Source: Macrostomum lignano (Eukaryota). From it: a stretch of 64,000 nt of DNA. Positions 12,901-25,517 of this stretch are shown here, piece after piece. How positions within the stretch are numbered: the stretch's first letter is position 1; each line of letters opens with the position of its first letter. The notes beneath the pieces were generated by a model that was not told where the DNA came from, searched no databases, and saw only the letters and a list, made by a program, of their open reading frames with translations. The DNA lies in contig NIVC01000934.1 of assembly GCA_002269645.1 (NCBI GenBank), positions 1-64,000 of the forward strand. Reading direction: 5' to 3'. The position numbers and the translations under genes were made by a program.

Positions 12901-15900
12901 AGGCAGGGCTTCTCCGAGTACTCCCGCACCAGGCTGATCCGCATGAACCGCCAGGTATCGTTTGTGTGGCCCTTCAGCGTGTTGAAGGTGTGCGCGAAGG
13001 TGGCGATCAGCAGGTTGAGCATGAGCACGTTGGCCAGGATGATGTAGGCGGCCAGCAGGATGGGGGAGATCCAAGTGCCCTCCGGCGTGGCGCACCGCGG
13101 CATGGTGTTGTTGGCCCACTCATCCTCATCGAAGGTGCACGGCAGCTCGCCCTGCATGATGTCCAGCTGGAACTCGCCGAAGATCTGGTAGAAGGCGCGC
13201 TGGTACACGTCCTTGATGAGGCCGGCTTCTTTGAAGGAGTTGGGGAACAGGATGGCCTGCTGGGCGATGCCGTAGCCCGTCACCAGCACCAGGAACACCA
13301 CCCAGAAGTGGAACAGGTCCCGGATCTGCGGGATGACGTGGCGTTAATTAAATCATTTTGGGATCAGAGTGAATCATTTTGGGATCAGAGTGAATCATTT
13401 AAGGATCAGAGGGAATCATTTGCGACATTAGAGTGAATCAATTAGGGATCAGTGTGAATCATTTTAGGATCAGAGTGAATCATTTGTGGGATCAGAGTGA
13501 ATCATTTTGGGGTCAGAGTGAATCATTTGTGGGATCAGAGTGAATCATTTTGGGATCAGAGTGAATCATTTGTGGGATCAGAGTGAATCATTTGCAATCC
13601 GAGGATTAGCCGGGCGCTCACCATCCGGCCGATCATGACCAGGTACGGTCCGAGCGCGGAGTCCAGCGAGTAGAAGTGCAGCAGCCGGAAGAAGAACAGC
13701 ACCAGGTCGATGGCGTAGAACACGCGGCCTGCGGCGAAGCCGTCCTCTGTGGGCTGCACGCGGCACACAATGCCCAGCAGGAACAGCACCAGGATGACCA
13801 TGTCCATGATGTTCCACGGGTCCGTGGCGTACTCGATCAGCTTCTCGCGGAACGTGTGCCGGTTCACGAATAGCGCCTGGGGATTCGGGGAGGTGGTAGT
13901 TTGGGGAGATTATGGGATTTGGAGATTGTGGGATTTGGCAGCTCGAGGAGAGGAGAGGATTTTGGAGATTATGGGATTTGGAGATTGTGGGATTTGGGGA
14001 GTTCGATGAGATTATGGGATTTTGGGAGTTGAGGAGATTGTGGGATTTTTGGAGATTGTGGGATTTGGCAGCTCGAGGAGAGGATAGGATTTTGGAGATT
14101 GTGGCATTGCAAGAGATTGTAGGGTTTGAGAGGATTTGAGACTTACAATAAGAATTTTTAGAGCACTCACCTGGCGGATCTCCTCCACAATGAGGGTGCC
14201 AATCCAGATCATGAGCATGATCTCGGAGGGGTGGATCACCGGGTTGAACTCGGTGAGGATCACATAGGTGTACAGCAGCAGGAACATCAGGTAGAACAGG
14301 TAGTTGTACATGAAGATCACCCGCGGCGACTGGTGGAATTCCAGCAGCTTGCGGCAGCAGCTGAGGGTGGAGCTGCCGCTCAGGAACCGGATGTTCTCCT
14401 TGGCCAGGCCGGTCTCCAGCTTCCGCCATCGGCGCGACAGGTCGTCGCCGGCCTCGGCCCGCCGCAGGAACAGCTCCTCGATGTCCTGGTCGGCGTCCAT
14501 CTGCTGCAGCTGGGCGAGGCGCCGCTGCCGGGTCTCGGAGCTGTACACCGTGCCAAGCAGGGCGCCAATGAGGTACAGCGGGAAGCAGGCGATGGTGAGC
14601 ACCACGTACACGAACAGCTTCAGCGTGGCGTTCTGGCTGGAGATGCCGCCGTTCCAGACGTCGTTGAGCAGCCGCTGCGGGGCGTCCTGGCTGACGAAGT
14701 CGAGGCTGTGCGAGTAGCTCGCCAGCTGCAGCGGCGTGGAGCTGCCGAAGAACTCGGAGACGCGGATGAGCAGCAGCTCGGAGCGGATCGGGTCGCTCTT
14801 GGACGTCTCGTTGCTGAGCTGGATGGCCAGCTGCTCGAACTCCCTGCCGGAGTTTTCGACAGACAGGGGGAGGGGGTGATGGAGCAGTAGGAGGCGGATG
14901 CTGAGCAGCTCAGTGAGAGGCGAGGCGTCTGAGTCTCGGGCCAGATGCACCTGAGCTCGATTCCGTGCGCGGCCCGCATTCAACTCAATCGGTGTGAGGC
15001 TTGAGGGGGAGAGGGAAAGGGAGAGGGAGAGAGGGAGAGAGAGAGGAAGAGGGAGAGAAAGAGGGAGAGAGGGAGAGGGAGAGAGGGAGAGGGAGAGAGG
15101 GAGAGAGGGAGAGGGAGAGAGGGAGAGAGAGGAAGAGGGAGAGAGGGAGAGAGAGGGAGAGGGAGAGAGGGAGAGAGAGAGGGAGAGGGAAAGAGGGAGA
15201 GAGAGAGAGGGAGAGGGAAAGAGGGAGAGAGGGAGAGGGAGAGGGAGAGAGGGAGAGAGGGAGAGAGAGAGAGGGAGAGGGAGAGAGGGAGAGAGGGAGA
15301 GAGAGAGAGGGGGAGAGGGAGAGGGAGAGAGGGAGAGAGAGAGAGGGAGAGGGAGAGAGGGAGAGGGAGAGAGGGAGAGAGGGAGAGGGAGAGAGGGAGA
15401 GGAGAGAGGGAGAGAGGGAGAGGGAGAGAGGGAGAGGGAGAGAGGGAGAGAGGGAGAGGGAGAGAGGGAGAGAGGGAGAGAGGGAGAGAGAGGGAGAGGG
15501 GGAGAGGGAGAGAGAGAGGGAGAGGGAGAGAGGGAGAGAGGGAGAGAGGGAGAGGGAGAGAGGGAGAGGGAGAGAGGGAGAGAGAGAGGGAGAGGGAGAG
15601 CGGGAGAGAGGGAGAGGGAGAGAGGGAGAGGGAGAGAGGGAGAGAGAGAGGGAGAGGGAGAGGGAGAGAGGGAGAGAGAGAGGGAGAGGGAGAGAGGGAG
15701 AGAGAGAGAGGGAGAGAGGGAGAGAGAGAGGGAGAGGGAGAGAGAGGGAGAGGGAGAGAGGGAGAGAGAGAGAGGGAGAGAGGGAGAGAGAGAGGGAGAG
15801 GGAGAGAGAGGGAGAGGGAGAGAGGGAGAGGGAGAGCGGGAGAGAGGGGCAACACAACAGAAGCTGAATCTGCCCGATCAGCTTTTTTAGTGAAATAAAT

Positions 15901-18900
15901 TGTCTGCGTATCCTTTTTTGAGCGTCAATCAGGTAAGAGGAGATAATGATCAAGGTAGGCTGCGGGGAGATGAGAGAAGGATGTGAAGGAAGGCACTCAC
16001 CTGGCCGCATCTCGGATCTCCTGCTGTTCACGCATGTCGTCCTCGATGTTGTCCGCGATTTCGCTCCACACCCGATGGGCGAAGAGGGCGGCGGTGAGCG
16101 GTTCGGTCACCTCCTCCCAGAGCAGGCGGGCCATGGACAGGCGGCTGGTGAGCACACTCCACACGAACAGATCGTTGAAGGGATCGTCAAAGTGCGGCAG
16201 GGTGGCCTCCTGCTCGTCCTCCCCTGCAGCAGTAAAATAAATAATCTTGCTGAAAATATTCTAGCAGCCTACTTTCAGTAGATGCAGTGTGCGTAAATAG
16301 ATTTATATAGACAGATTTTATAGGAGATTAAAAGCTACATGCATGCGGATAACGGATAATATAGCCAGAAACGGAGGTATAAGAAAGCTGAGCGCATATA
16401 AATCAAGGACGCAGGCCTAAAGAATCTGATTGGTCAATATTAGTCACGTGATTCGATAGATCGGGGTAGAAAATGTGGGGTTGCTTGCAAGATTTTGTAA
16501 AAAAGCAACCTCTCATAGCCACCAACCAATCAAATCAGTTTGTCTAATATTCAAGTAGCACTTGGTCAATACTAAATTTCTAGTGTCTTAGTGGTCGTTG
16601 CTTAGTCCGGAGTCTATAGCAACTAATATAAATGTTTCTCAAAGAACATTGCGTATTATGCATTGTGCATTAATAATAGCAGATGACTATGAGTAGAGTA
16701 CAGAGGGATCTAAGCGTGGTAACTCACAACAAATCCGTTTGAACTCTGAAAAAACAGCGGTGAAGGTTAGAGAAACAGAGTGAGTGTGATTGAGTTACAC
16801 CTGTCAAGTTAAGCAATTCAATTAGTCGCATAATTTGAGATGTTTAACTTTTGATTGAAATGAGTTTGTTAATAGTTAATTCGAATACGGCAGGTTTTTA
16901 CTAACGAAAAACGGTAAAATGTATTTCAATCGATCAGTCGTAGATTTTAGCATAAAATAAACCTGTGAATTTAGAATAATCTACCACTAGATTATAACAA
17001 AAATCAAACAGTAACTTTTAACAAATAATCAGCCAGTAAATTATAACAAGAAATCAACTAGCGGAATTCGTCAAGGTCCATCCAGTAGATTATAACAAAA
17101 ATCAAACAGTAACTTTTAAAAAATAATCAGCCAGTAAATTATAACAAGAAATCAACTAGCGGAATTCGTCAAGGTCCATCCAGTAGATTATAACAAAAAT
17201 CAAACAGTAACTTTAAAAAAATAATCAGCCAGTAAATTATAACAAGAAATCAACTAGCGGAATTCGTCAAGGTCCATCCAGTAGATTATAACAAAATCCA
17301 TTCCATAGATTTAAATAATTTCGGCGGATTTTAAAATTAACACTGCCCCGTCAGTTTTAACAAAAAAGCCACGCAAACCGGAAAAAAACACGTATTTTAC
17401 CGTCGGTTTTAGGAAAAAATGCCTACAGTTATTGAAAAAGGTTAGCAGATGGCTCAAAAACATAAAATTGAAATTAGAAAAAACTGTCTAGAAATAAATT
17501 TCCAAATAAAATTAATGTTTCAAATACCCCCACTCACTCTGAACATAGATGGGCAGGCGGGCGTTCTTCAGTATGGGCAGCTTCTCCTTGGTGTCCTGGT
17601 CGCCCACTGGGCCCGGCTCGTCCGGCCGGATGATCACGTCCGGGCACAGGCCGATGTAGCGGGGGTCGCTCAGGTAGGGCGACTGGAAGAACTGGCCGGC
17701 CACCGACTCCAGCACCTCGCCAACGTCTTCTAGCGAGAAATAGCGCTTGCCCTGGAGTTTGATGGCGTCAGGGTGTGGGAGTTCAATGCATGGGTGTCGG
17801 GATGTGGGGAATTCGATGCTTATAAAGTGTCAGGGTGTGGGGAATTCGATGCTTATAAAGTGTCAGGGTGTGGGGAATTCGATGCTTATAGTGTCATTAT
17901 GTGGGGAATTCGATGCTTATAAAGTGTCATTATGTGGGGAATTCGATGCTTATAAAGTGTCATTATGTGGGGAATTCGATGCTTTATAAAGTGTCAGGGT
18001 GTGGGGAATTTGATGTTCTAAGGTGTCAGAATGTCTCACCTTGTCCCTCATCTTCATGAACACCTTCCAGATGTACTCCTTGGCTCTGTTGTCTGGGTAG
18101 ATGGTGTTGTAGAGGAACACCAGCTTCTCAATGCTGAGAAACTCCTTCATCATGAAGTTGTTGTCCAGGAAGATCTTGACGAACTTCGGCCTATCCAGCA
18201 CCAAGGCCTTGTACATGAAGGGCTCCAGGGAATGGGTCTGCGGCGGAGGGGATGAATGGCAGGTTCGAGTTCAGCTGTGCCTGTTCTGAAACTTTTTATT
18301 TTGACATGAGAACAGAGAATTTCCAGATTGACTCACCGACCACTCGAATTCGCCGTCGAACACGATCTTCCTGGCGATGTCGTCCCGGTTCAGCGTCAGG
18401 GCGAGCTTCAGCTGGTCCTCCTTCTTGTGATTGGCTGCGCAGTTGCGGAGGCAAATGGGGGTGGGGTTAGTTTGCAATGTACATTAGCCTGACTACTCTA
18501 GGGCCAAAGCAATGTACATTAGCCTGACTACTCTAGGGCCAAAGCAATGTACATTAGCCTGACTACTCTAGGGAAAAAGCAATGTACATTTAACTACGAA
18601 TCCTATGTAATCTCATAATTATTATAGGGCCAAAGCAATGTACATCTAACTCATTTTTCTAGGGCCAAAGCAATGTATATTCAACTAATTATTCTAGGGC
18701 CAAAGAGATGCACATCCAACTAATTATTCTAGGGCCAAAGCAATGTACATCCAACTAATTATTCTAGGGCCAAAGCAATGTACATCCAACTAATTATTCT
18801 AGGGCCAAAGCAATGTACATCCAACTAATTATTCTAGGGCCAAAGAAAAGTACATTAGCTTAGTTTCTCTACTGCCAAGTGACAGAATCAGGATGTCCAA

Positions 18901-21900
18901 TTCTCTCGAGTGCACGAGAACTCAAAAAGCTTGCAAATAAGCGCAGTTCACCTTTCATAATGGCCTGCAGGATGGCCACATCCAAGTTGCACGAGAAATC
19001 GTCGCTCTCCAGCTCGTACACGCTGACCAGGTGGTCGTACTTGAGAATGGTCTCAATCCAGTCCATGAGCTCCGGCACGCGCTTGTCGCCGAACTCGCCG
19101 CGGAGTCGGCTGGTCAGCTGGCGCACCTGGTCCTCGGTGAGCTGCCGCTCCACGCTGCGGATTCAAACAAAATTGGCGCGGATTTGAATAGACGAGTGCA
19201 AGGGCTGAGATGAGAAAGTATTGTATAGGATTTCATTAGGATACTTTGAGAAAATTATTAGAAGATGGTGCACAAGGTGGTTTCACGGGTTACCGAATTC
19301 TAATTTAGAATATATGTTACTCATTTGGGACGAAGCCCGAAAATCTGGCGCCCCCTCACAGCAGCTGAGGCGCCCCTTGATGCTGGCGCCCTGACGATAG
19401 CGCTCCTGGTACTGCCCCTAGGATCGCTGCCCCCCAGAATGGCGCCCCCACGATGGCACCCCCATAGAATGGCGTCTCCCAGAATGGCGCCCCCAGAATG
19501 GCGCCCCCCAGAATGGCGCCCCCCAAAGTGGCGCTTCACAGAATGGCGCTTCACAGAATGGCGCCCCCAGAATGGTGCCCAACCCCAGAATTGCGCCTCC
19601 CCGGAATGGGGCCCCCAGAATGGCGCCCCACAAAATGGCGCCCCTCTAATTAGCGCCCCAGAAGGGCGCCCCACGATGGCACCACGATGGTACTGGCCTC
19701 ATCGATGGCGGCCACGCAGCACTTTTGCAGTCCCCATTCTCCCAACAATCCATGCAAGCCTTGCTGAGCATTTCAGAGGTGCCGAAATGACAAGCACTGA
19801 GTCCGTGATTTGAGTCTCGTGAGAATCAGCATTGTCAGCTTGCAGGAGAGGGCACCCCTGCAGATGCACCCGTATACAGGTACGTAAGCAGCGGCTCTGA
19901 CTTTCCCATTGTCAGGCAGTGCGCACTCACCGCACTACCTCGTTGCCATCGGAGTCCTCCACCACCGCCTTGCTCGGCAGGCTGTGCGCGTAGGCGTAGG
20001 CCAGGATGTCAGCGGCTCCCTGGCTGCCGCGGACCAGCAGCACTGGGGTGCCCTGCTCCACGGCGCACTTCACCGTCTGCACCGTGCCGGGGCCGCCCTG
20101 CACCACCAGGCAGACGGTGGGCACCTGGCCGGTGTCTTTGGCTGAGTCAGCCAAAGCGTGCTCGATTCGAGCTCGGGCGGGGATCTCGGTGCCGAACCGA
20201 AGCTGGGTGCCGTTGTCAACCAGCAGGAAGTGGGTGTGGTTCACGTCCAGGTTGCAGGTGTGCGGCAGCAGGCGGTAGCTGTGCCTGTAGGCCACCGGCT
20301 GCCCGCCGTGGCTGTCGCACAGCAACTGGTCTCTGCGGAGTTGGTTGAGGATGAGGCGGTGCTTGTTGGGGATTCTGGGTAGCGGCTGCAATGTCTGACC
20401 AGCATGTATGACCATCTCATCATTACCATGACAAGCATGCATGACCATCTCATCATTGCCATGACCAGCATGCATGACCATCTCATCATTGCCATGACCA
20501 GCAAGTATGACTATCTCATCATTGCTATGACCAGCAAGTATGACCATCTCATCATTACCATGACCAGCATGCATGACCATTTCATAACTGCCATGACCAG
20601 CAAGTATGACCATCTCATCATTACCATGACCAGCATGCATGACCATTTCATAACTGCCATGACCAGCAAGTATGACCAGCTCATCATTGCCATGACCAGC
20701 AAGTATGACCATCTCATCATTACCATGACCAGCATGCATGACCATTTCATAACTGCCATGACCAGCAAGTATGACCATCTCATCATTACCATGACCAGCA
20801 TGCATGACCATTTCATAACTGCCATGACCAGCAAGTATGACCATCTCATCATTGCCATGACCAGCAAGTATGACCATCTCATCATTACCATGACCAGCAT
20901 GCATGACCATTTCATAACTGCCATGACTAGCATGCGTGACCCATCATCATCCTATCATTGCCATGACCAGCAAGTATGACCATCTAATCATTGCCATGAC
21001 CAGCATGCATGACTATTTCATAACTGCCATGACCAGCAAGTATGACCATCTCATCATTGCCATGACCAGCAAGTATGACCATCTCATCATTACCATGACC
21101 AGCATGCATGACCATTTCATAACTGCCATGACTAGCATGCGTGACCCATCATCATCCTATCATTGCCATGACCAGCAAGTATGACCATCTCATCATTGCC
21201 ATGACCAGCAAGTATGACCATCTCATCATTACCATGACCAGCATGCATGACCATTTCATAACTGCCATGACTAGCATGCGTGACCCATCATCATCCTATC
21301 ATTGCCATGACCAGCAAGTATGACCATCTCATCATTGCCATGACCAGCGTACCCCCCTCATCTCATCTCACCTGTCAGCCACGGTGCCCCAGGGCGCGAT
21401 GCCCAGGCAGACCACTGGCCGCCCGACCCCGGATCCGTAGTCCTTGACCGCCTTGCCCGCCAGCTTCATGACGCCCTCGGAGGTGCCGCCGGTGATAATC
21501 CAGGCTCCCGTAGTCTTGGCGGCGTCCATCAGGCCTTTCTTGAAGGCCTTCTTCAGCCGTTTGTTCAGCTTGAGCTTCTTGGCGCCGCCAGTGACTGAGA
21601 TAATCATGTTGGGAGGCTGGAGTCCCCAGATCTCCATCAGGAGTGACTTCACCGTCTCTGGATCGGTCGCGGCGTCCATACGGACGTACTGGGGGCAACA
21701 GTGAGAAATGATATGGTTGCAATGCACTCGCAATAGCACAGAATTTCGTGAAGCCAGCCAGAGCTTCCTCCTCGCCTCACCTTAGAAATCTTGCCGCCAG
21801 GCAGCAGCATCTCTCCGCAAGCGTTGGTGGGGCCGCTGTCCGCGGTGCAGGTGTCCTCGCGCCACTTCTCGCCAACTCCGCCTGACCTGACGTGGTCGCC

Positions 21901-22223
21901 GCCAGCCGGGTAGCCACAGGCGCAGACCGCGTCATCGCTGATGGGGAGCATGTTTTGTTTATAACGATTTCAGTTGGCATCAGAGAATGCTAATAGCGTT
22001 ACTAAATAAAAAGACCAACCTTGAGTCGTCATCCGGTCCGTAGACAAACTTGACGCAGGATCGCTTCTTAAAGTTCCTCCGGATCCATTCTAACTCGGGA
22101 TCGGCATCTGCCTGTCTGCCCCTGACACCAGACTCCATAGGAATGTCCTCTACCTGGCCGTGCTCGTTAGAACGAAGGTCCGCGCCGCTGTCCTGCACCT
22201 TGTTGCTCCCAGCAGGTGGGCGC
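6919..22223 (-). CDS. TRPM2: TRPM2-like cation channel (MHR1-4, S1-S6, TRP helix, coiled coil, NUDT9-H); 18 exons; 5' end incomplete
   Basis: Phase-consistent GT-AG exons in transcript order: 22223-22020, 21937-21781, 21688-21372, 20332-19931, 19154-18952, 18434-18337, 18237-18040, 17751-17538, 16223-16001, 14843-14171, 13876-13622, 13325-12782, 12369-12237, 11676-11505, 11422-11344, 10981-10693, 8346-7812, 7038-6919 (4816 nt in total). Motifs: [119 protein letters not shown], and the C-terminal LRNAYY*. Confidence 0.95.
7065..7690. repeat. Intronic minisatellite, 29-bp unit CCTGCTGCTGGCCTGCCGCTTATCTACAG
   Basis: Fills most of the last TRPM intron. Confidence 0.95.
8413..10325. repeat. Intronic minisatellite, 19-bp unit GGGGTC(A/G)CCACCGGTT(T/A)CT (~100 copies)
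   Basis: Direct reading; explains the 810-aa and 792-aa ORFs. Confidence 0.97.
10335..10698. repeat. 17/18-bp array CAGACTCACCCAGCCCC(C); on the - strand these are tandem GG|GTGAGT donor copies
   Basis: Abuts the real donor at 10692. Confidence 0.93.
11000..11335. repeat. 20-bp array GAGTGAGTGCCATTTCAACT
   Basis: Direct reading. Confidence 0.93.
11795..12065. repeat. 30-bp array GAGTCACCGATGACCTTCATTGACCTCAAT (diverged)
   Basis: Direct reading. Confidence 0.85.
13350..13592. repeat. 20/21-bp array GGGATCAGAGTGAATCATTT(T)
   Basis: Fills TRPM intron 13326-13621. Confidence 0.9.
13895..14138. repeat. Diverged GGGATTTGGAGATT(G/A)T repeat with an internal duplication
   Basis: Fills TRPM intron 13877-14170. 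Confidence 0.75.
15003..15845. repeat. (GA/GGA)-rich purine microsatellite
   Basis: Direct reading. Confidence 0.95.
16986..17297. repeat. 98-bp tandem repeat, ~3 copies
   Basis: GTCCATCCAGTAGATTATAAC recurs at 17076, 17174 and 17272. Confidence 0.9.
17765..18028. repeat. 33-bp array GTGTCAGGGTGTGGGGAATTCGATGCTTATAAA
   Basis: Fills TRPM intron 17752-18039. Confidence 0.9.
18472..18858. repeat. ~35-bp array CTAGGGCCAAAGCAATGTACAT(CCAACTAATTATT)
   Basis: Direct reading. Confidence 0.88.
19345..19700. repeat. AGAATGGCGCCCCC-type short repeat cluster
   Basis: Direct reading. Confidence 0.75.
20398..21350. repeat. 33-bp array (CATTGCCATGACCAGCAAGTATGACCATCTCAT) with higher-order variant pattern
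   Basis: Fills TRPM intron 20333-21371. Confidence 0.93.
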
Positions 22224-24559
22224 CTAGATATCTAATACAGCCAAGAATGAAGCGAAAAATTTTTTATAAAAAGTAAAGTAAAAATATGAGTAAGAGTAAA
22301 AAGTCCAAATTTTCCAGCTTTTGAGAAATATTTTCTGACTCATTTATTAATCACAATCACAAAATCCCCGATATTATTAATAATTGATTACACTAGCTCA
22401 ACCTCAATGCATCTTTTGAGAAATGCTAAATCTAAGCAACAACACAAAAAAGCAGAAAAGACACGTACCCCAAATTTAGACTTTCCGGTCATTATATAGT
22501 TCTCAAACTGATGCTTTCATCAGTCAGATTGCTTGTCTTTTGATATAAATTGCAAATATACTACGATCAAAGAAAACGATTTTTCCAATATTCACAAAAC
22601 ACACTTTCGAAAGAAATTTAAAAGCGGCTGTAGTCAAGACAGAGCATACACATAAACATTTTACCAAAAAAGGTCAATGATATATTTCGTTTCGAAAAAA
22701 ACTTTAAATACCAAACTTGTTTAATTTGTTCAATAAAAATTTATTATCAAATTAATACTATTTGTTATTATATACAACACAGCTAAGACTCCTTTTCCTG
22801 GAAAAGTCTATCGTGCGAGCGAAAACAATAACCTTATGTGTAATAGGCCTATATAATACTTTAGGCCTAATAGGCAACGGCTAATATAGCTAGTTGCCTC
22901 AAAGGTTCTAAATTTCTTTTCATAATATCTTTCCTTGTATAATTTTTTGCTTACAGTATTTGCTGAGTCACTGCTGCTAGCCACTGGTATTGTCATTGAC
23001 ATCATTAGTACCTCTTATTTCAATTTTAGAAGGATTTAGATTTAGATAGATTAGATTTAGGATTGTGGTGTGTGCCAATCTAATGTAAGGCTAGGCTATG
23101 CACTATTATGGCAATAGCTGTAAATAATGCCAGTAGCATTAAGCTATTTTTATGTGTAAAACAATTTACATTTACTTTGGTCACAATTTAGTGACACCCA
23201 TTTTGGTGACAGGTTAGGCCTACTTTGGTGCCAAATATACGTATGGAGCATTCACTTCACTGTCAATGATTATTAATACATTTTAAAGGTGATTTAGGCA
23301 TAGTTCTAGTTTACTGTGTTAAATTATTTCGCCCTGATCTATTCAAGGGTAGGGGGGGTTGGAAGGGTGCAGCTGAAATCCCCATATTCAAAATCGTCAT
23401 ATGATAATGACGACTTGAACAAATCTCGAAGACTTAAACATTTAAATATGACGACTTTGACCAAAGGCAAGGGTGTATTAATTTTGGATTTTTCTACCTT
23501 TGGGCAAAAATCCCTTGCATATGCACCCGTAATTTTTATATTAACTGTGTCAATTAATGCTGATTCACCCCTGATTGCTGCATCAGCAATCAGGGTCGGC
23601 GTTGCGTTTGCGCAAATTAATCCGGAGAAATCGCGCAGACGAATCACAACAAAATTTTCTTTCTCCTGCTTACTCCGACAGCTGGGTTCTCAAGTCTAAT
23701 AAATCTAATAAAATTATAAAATAAAATGAACAAGTCTAAAGTGCGCAAAACTAATAAATAAATTTGATCTAAACTGTCGAATGCAAAAGGAAAAAGATAA
23801 GAAAAAGAAAAAGGAAAAGGGGGTTGAAAATTAGGCGGCACATCAAGGCAGTATAAATATTTAAAAAAGGAGGTTACAATCAATGGGTGGGGGTGCCGCT
23901 AGACACACTATTGGACCAAAAATCCCATGCGTGGAGACTACCGATATAACGGCTCACAAACATGCAAGCAACAAAGTAATGGTTATTAGTTCAAATATCA
24001 ATTACGTGGCACCCAACTGCCACACATGACTACTAAGAATACACAGTAAATTGTTTTAATTTGTTGGCAAACAAGAACACGCTGCCGCCATGAGCTAAGA
24101 TCCTTGCGCAGCCAATGCAACACAATATGACGATTTAGTGAATGCAGCATTGTCCAATACTGAGATGATGACAATTTAGATAATTTAGTTGTTTTTCTTG
24201 TAAGCCGCAGATGACAATCTCGAATATGACGACTTCGGCCAGAACCGGTTGGAATATAATGAAGTAAACTAGAACTATGCCGTGATTTAAAAAACATACA
24301 AATTTCCATGTACACTGAAGAAAATTCTCCAATATGCATCTCAAACCCTATTGCAGCGCATCTCAAAAATGTATGGATACCCTGTTTGTTGTTTGGTACA
24401 CAGCTGTGCAAACTAAATTTTATCAGAGGCGCACAGCCACACATTGCACAGTGCATATATCATTCGCCAACACTGCAATGCATGCAGTTCCATTTCATAT
24501 ATATATATATATATGTGTGCTTGCAAAAAAATCTATTGGTGTGCAAGCATGCCAATAGA

Positions 24560-24750
24560 TTTCCAAAATTTTCATATGCATGCAGGACACTATCCGTGCA
24601 TGGGTGTCATGCATGCAAGATCCACTATGCACACCATCCATGCAGGGTGTCATGCATGCAAGATCCACTATGCACACCATCCATACAGGGTGTCATGCAT
24701 GCAAGATCCACTATGCACACCATCCATGCAGGGTGTCATGCATGCAGGAC
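24560..24750. repeat. 43-bp repeat CATGCATGCAAGATCCACTATGCACACCATCCATGCAGGGTGT, ~3-4 copies
   Basis: Direct reading. Confidence 0.8.
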
Positions 24751-25517
24751 ACCCTTGTTCACTGCAATAGGGATCTCAAAGTATATTACACAAAGATTCT
24801 ATTTGCATCCATTGTACAAATCAAATGCCAATTGCAAGTACATATGTTACAGTTAAGTGAACTATGTAAGGGTTTCTCGACAGATATTCAGACAGACATT
24901 CAAAATGATTATCCATAACTTTTAAGAAAATTGACCTGCTTCAACCATATTTTTAGCAAAGCTTTATGCAATTGTTTGGCATCTAATAATCATTAGTTTA
25001 TTTTCTAAAGTTAAAATTCTATCAAGATAAATTGATTCAAATATTGCTTAGCAACACCTTGATTTGACTACAACTAATTAGGCCTACTAAGTAGAGGGTC
25101 CAGTGAGATTTTTTAGAAATCTTGAGTTTCAATAATATCACTTTATAGCTTTATATGTTCTAAGTGTAACAACTCCAAACTTTTTAAAATTAGTCATAAG
25201 TCATAAGTTATAAGTTAGAAAGAATTTAATGATGTTAAGTAATGTTTTCTCTCTTTAATACATAGAGCTACCCATTTTTGTTCCTTAAAAACATGTTTTT
25301 AAAAGTGAAAATGCTAAAACTTTCTTTTTTATTAACTAAAGTTAATAATCTTGATCTTAGTATCATTTTATAGATTATTTTTAATGCTATAGATATAGTT
25401 TTCTAATCAATTTGAAAATACTATTATAATCCATTTAAAGTTTATCTTGAAGAAAATAATTCTATAATGGTATCATTACAATTAATCATTATATTCAGCT
25501 ATTGTTTTTTATATATA

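Noticed and set aside
14980-16031. ER/LS-rich ORFs here and at 39974-41337 and 2789-3440
   Set aside because: They are microsatellite translations (GA, CT and TCTG repeats).
22951-23005. Possible first TRPM exon (MMSMTIPVASSSDSANT|GTAAGC)
   Set aside because: It ends in phase 0, but the best acceptor at 22224 needs phase 2; unsupported without transcripts.
23339-24456. Short AT-rich ORFs (102 aa and 152 aa)
   Set aside because: No recognisable motifs or convincing splice sites, and the composition is unlike the GC-rich exons in this window.
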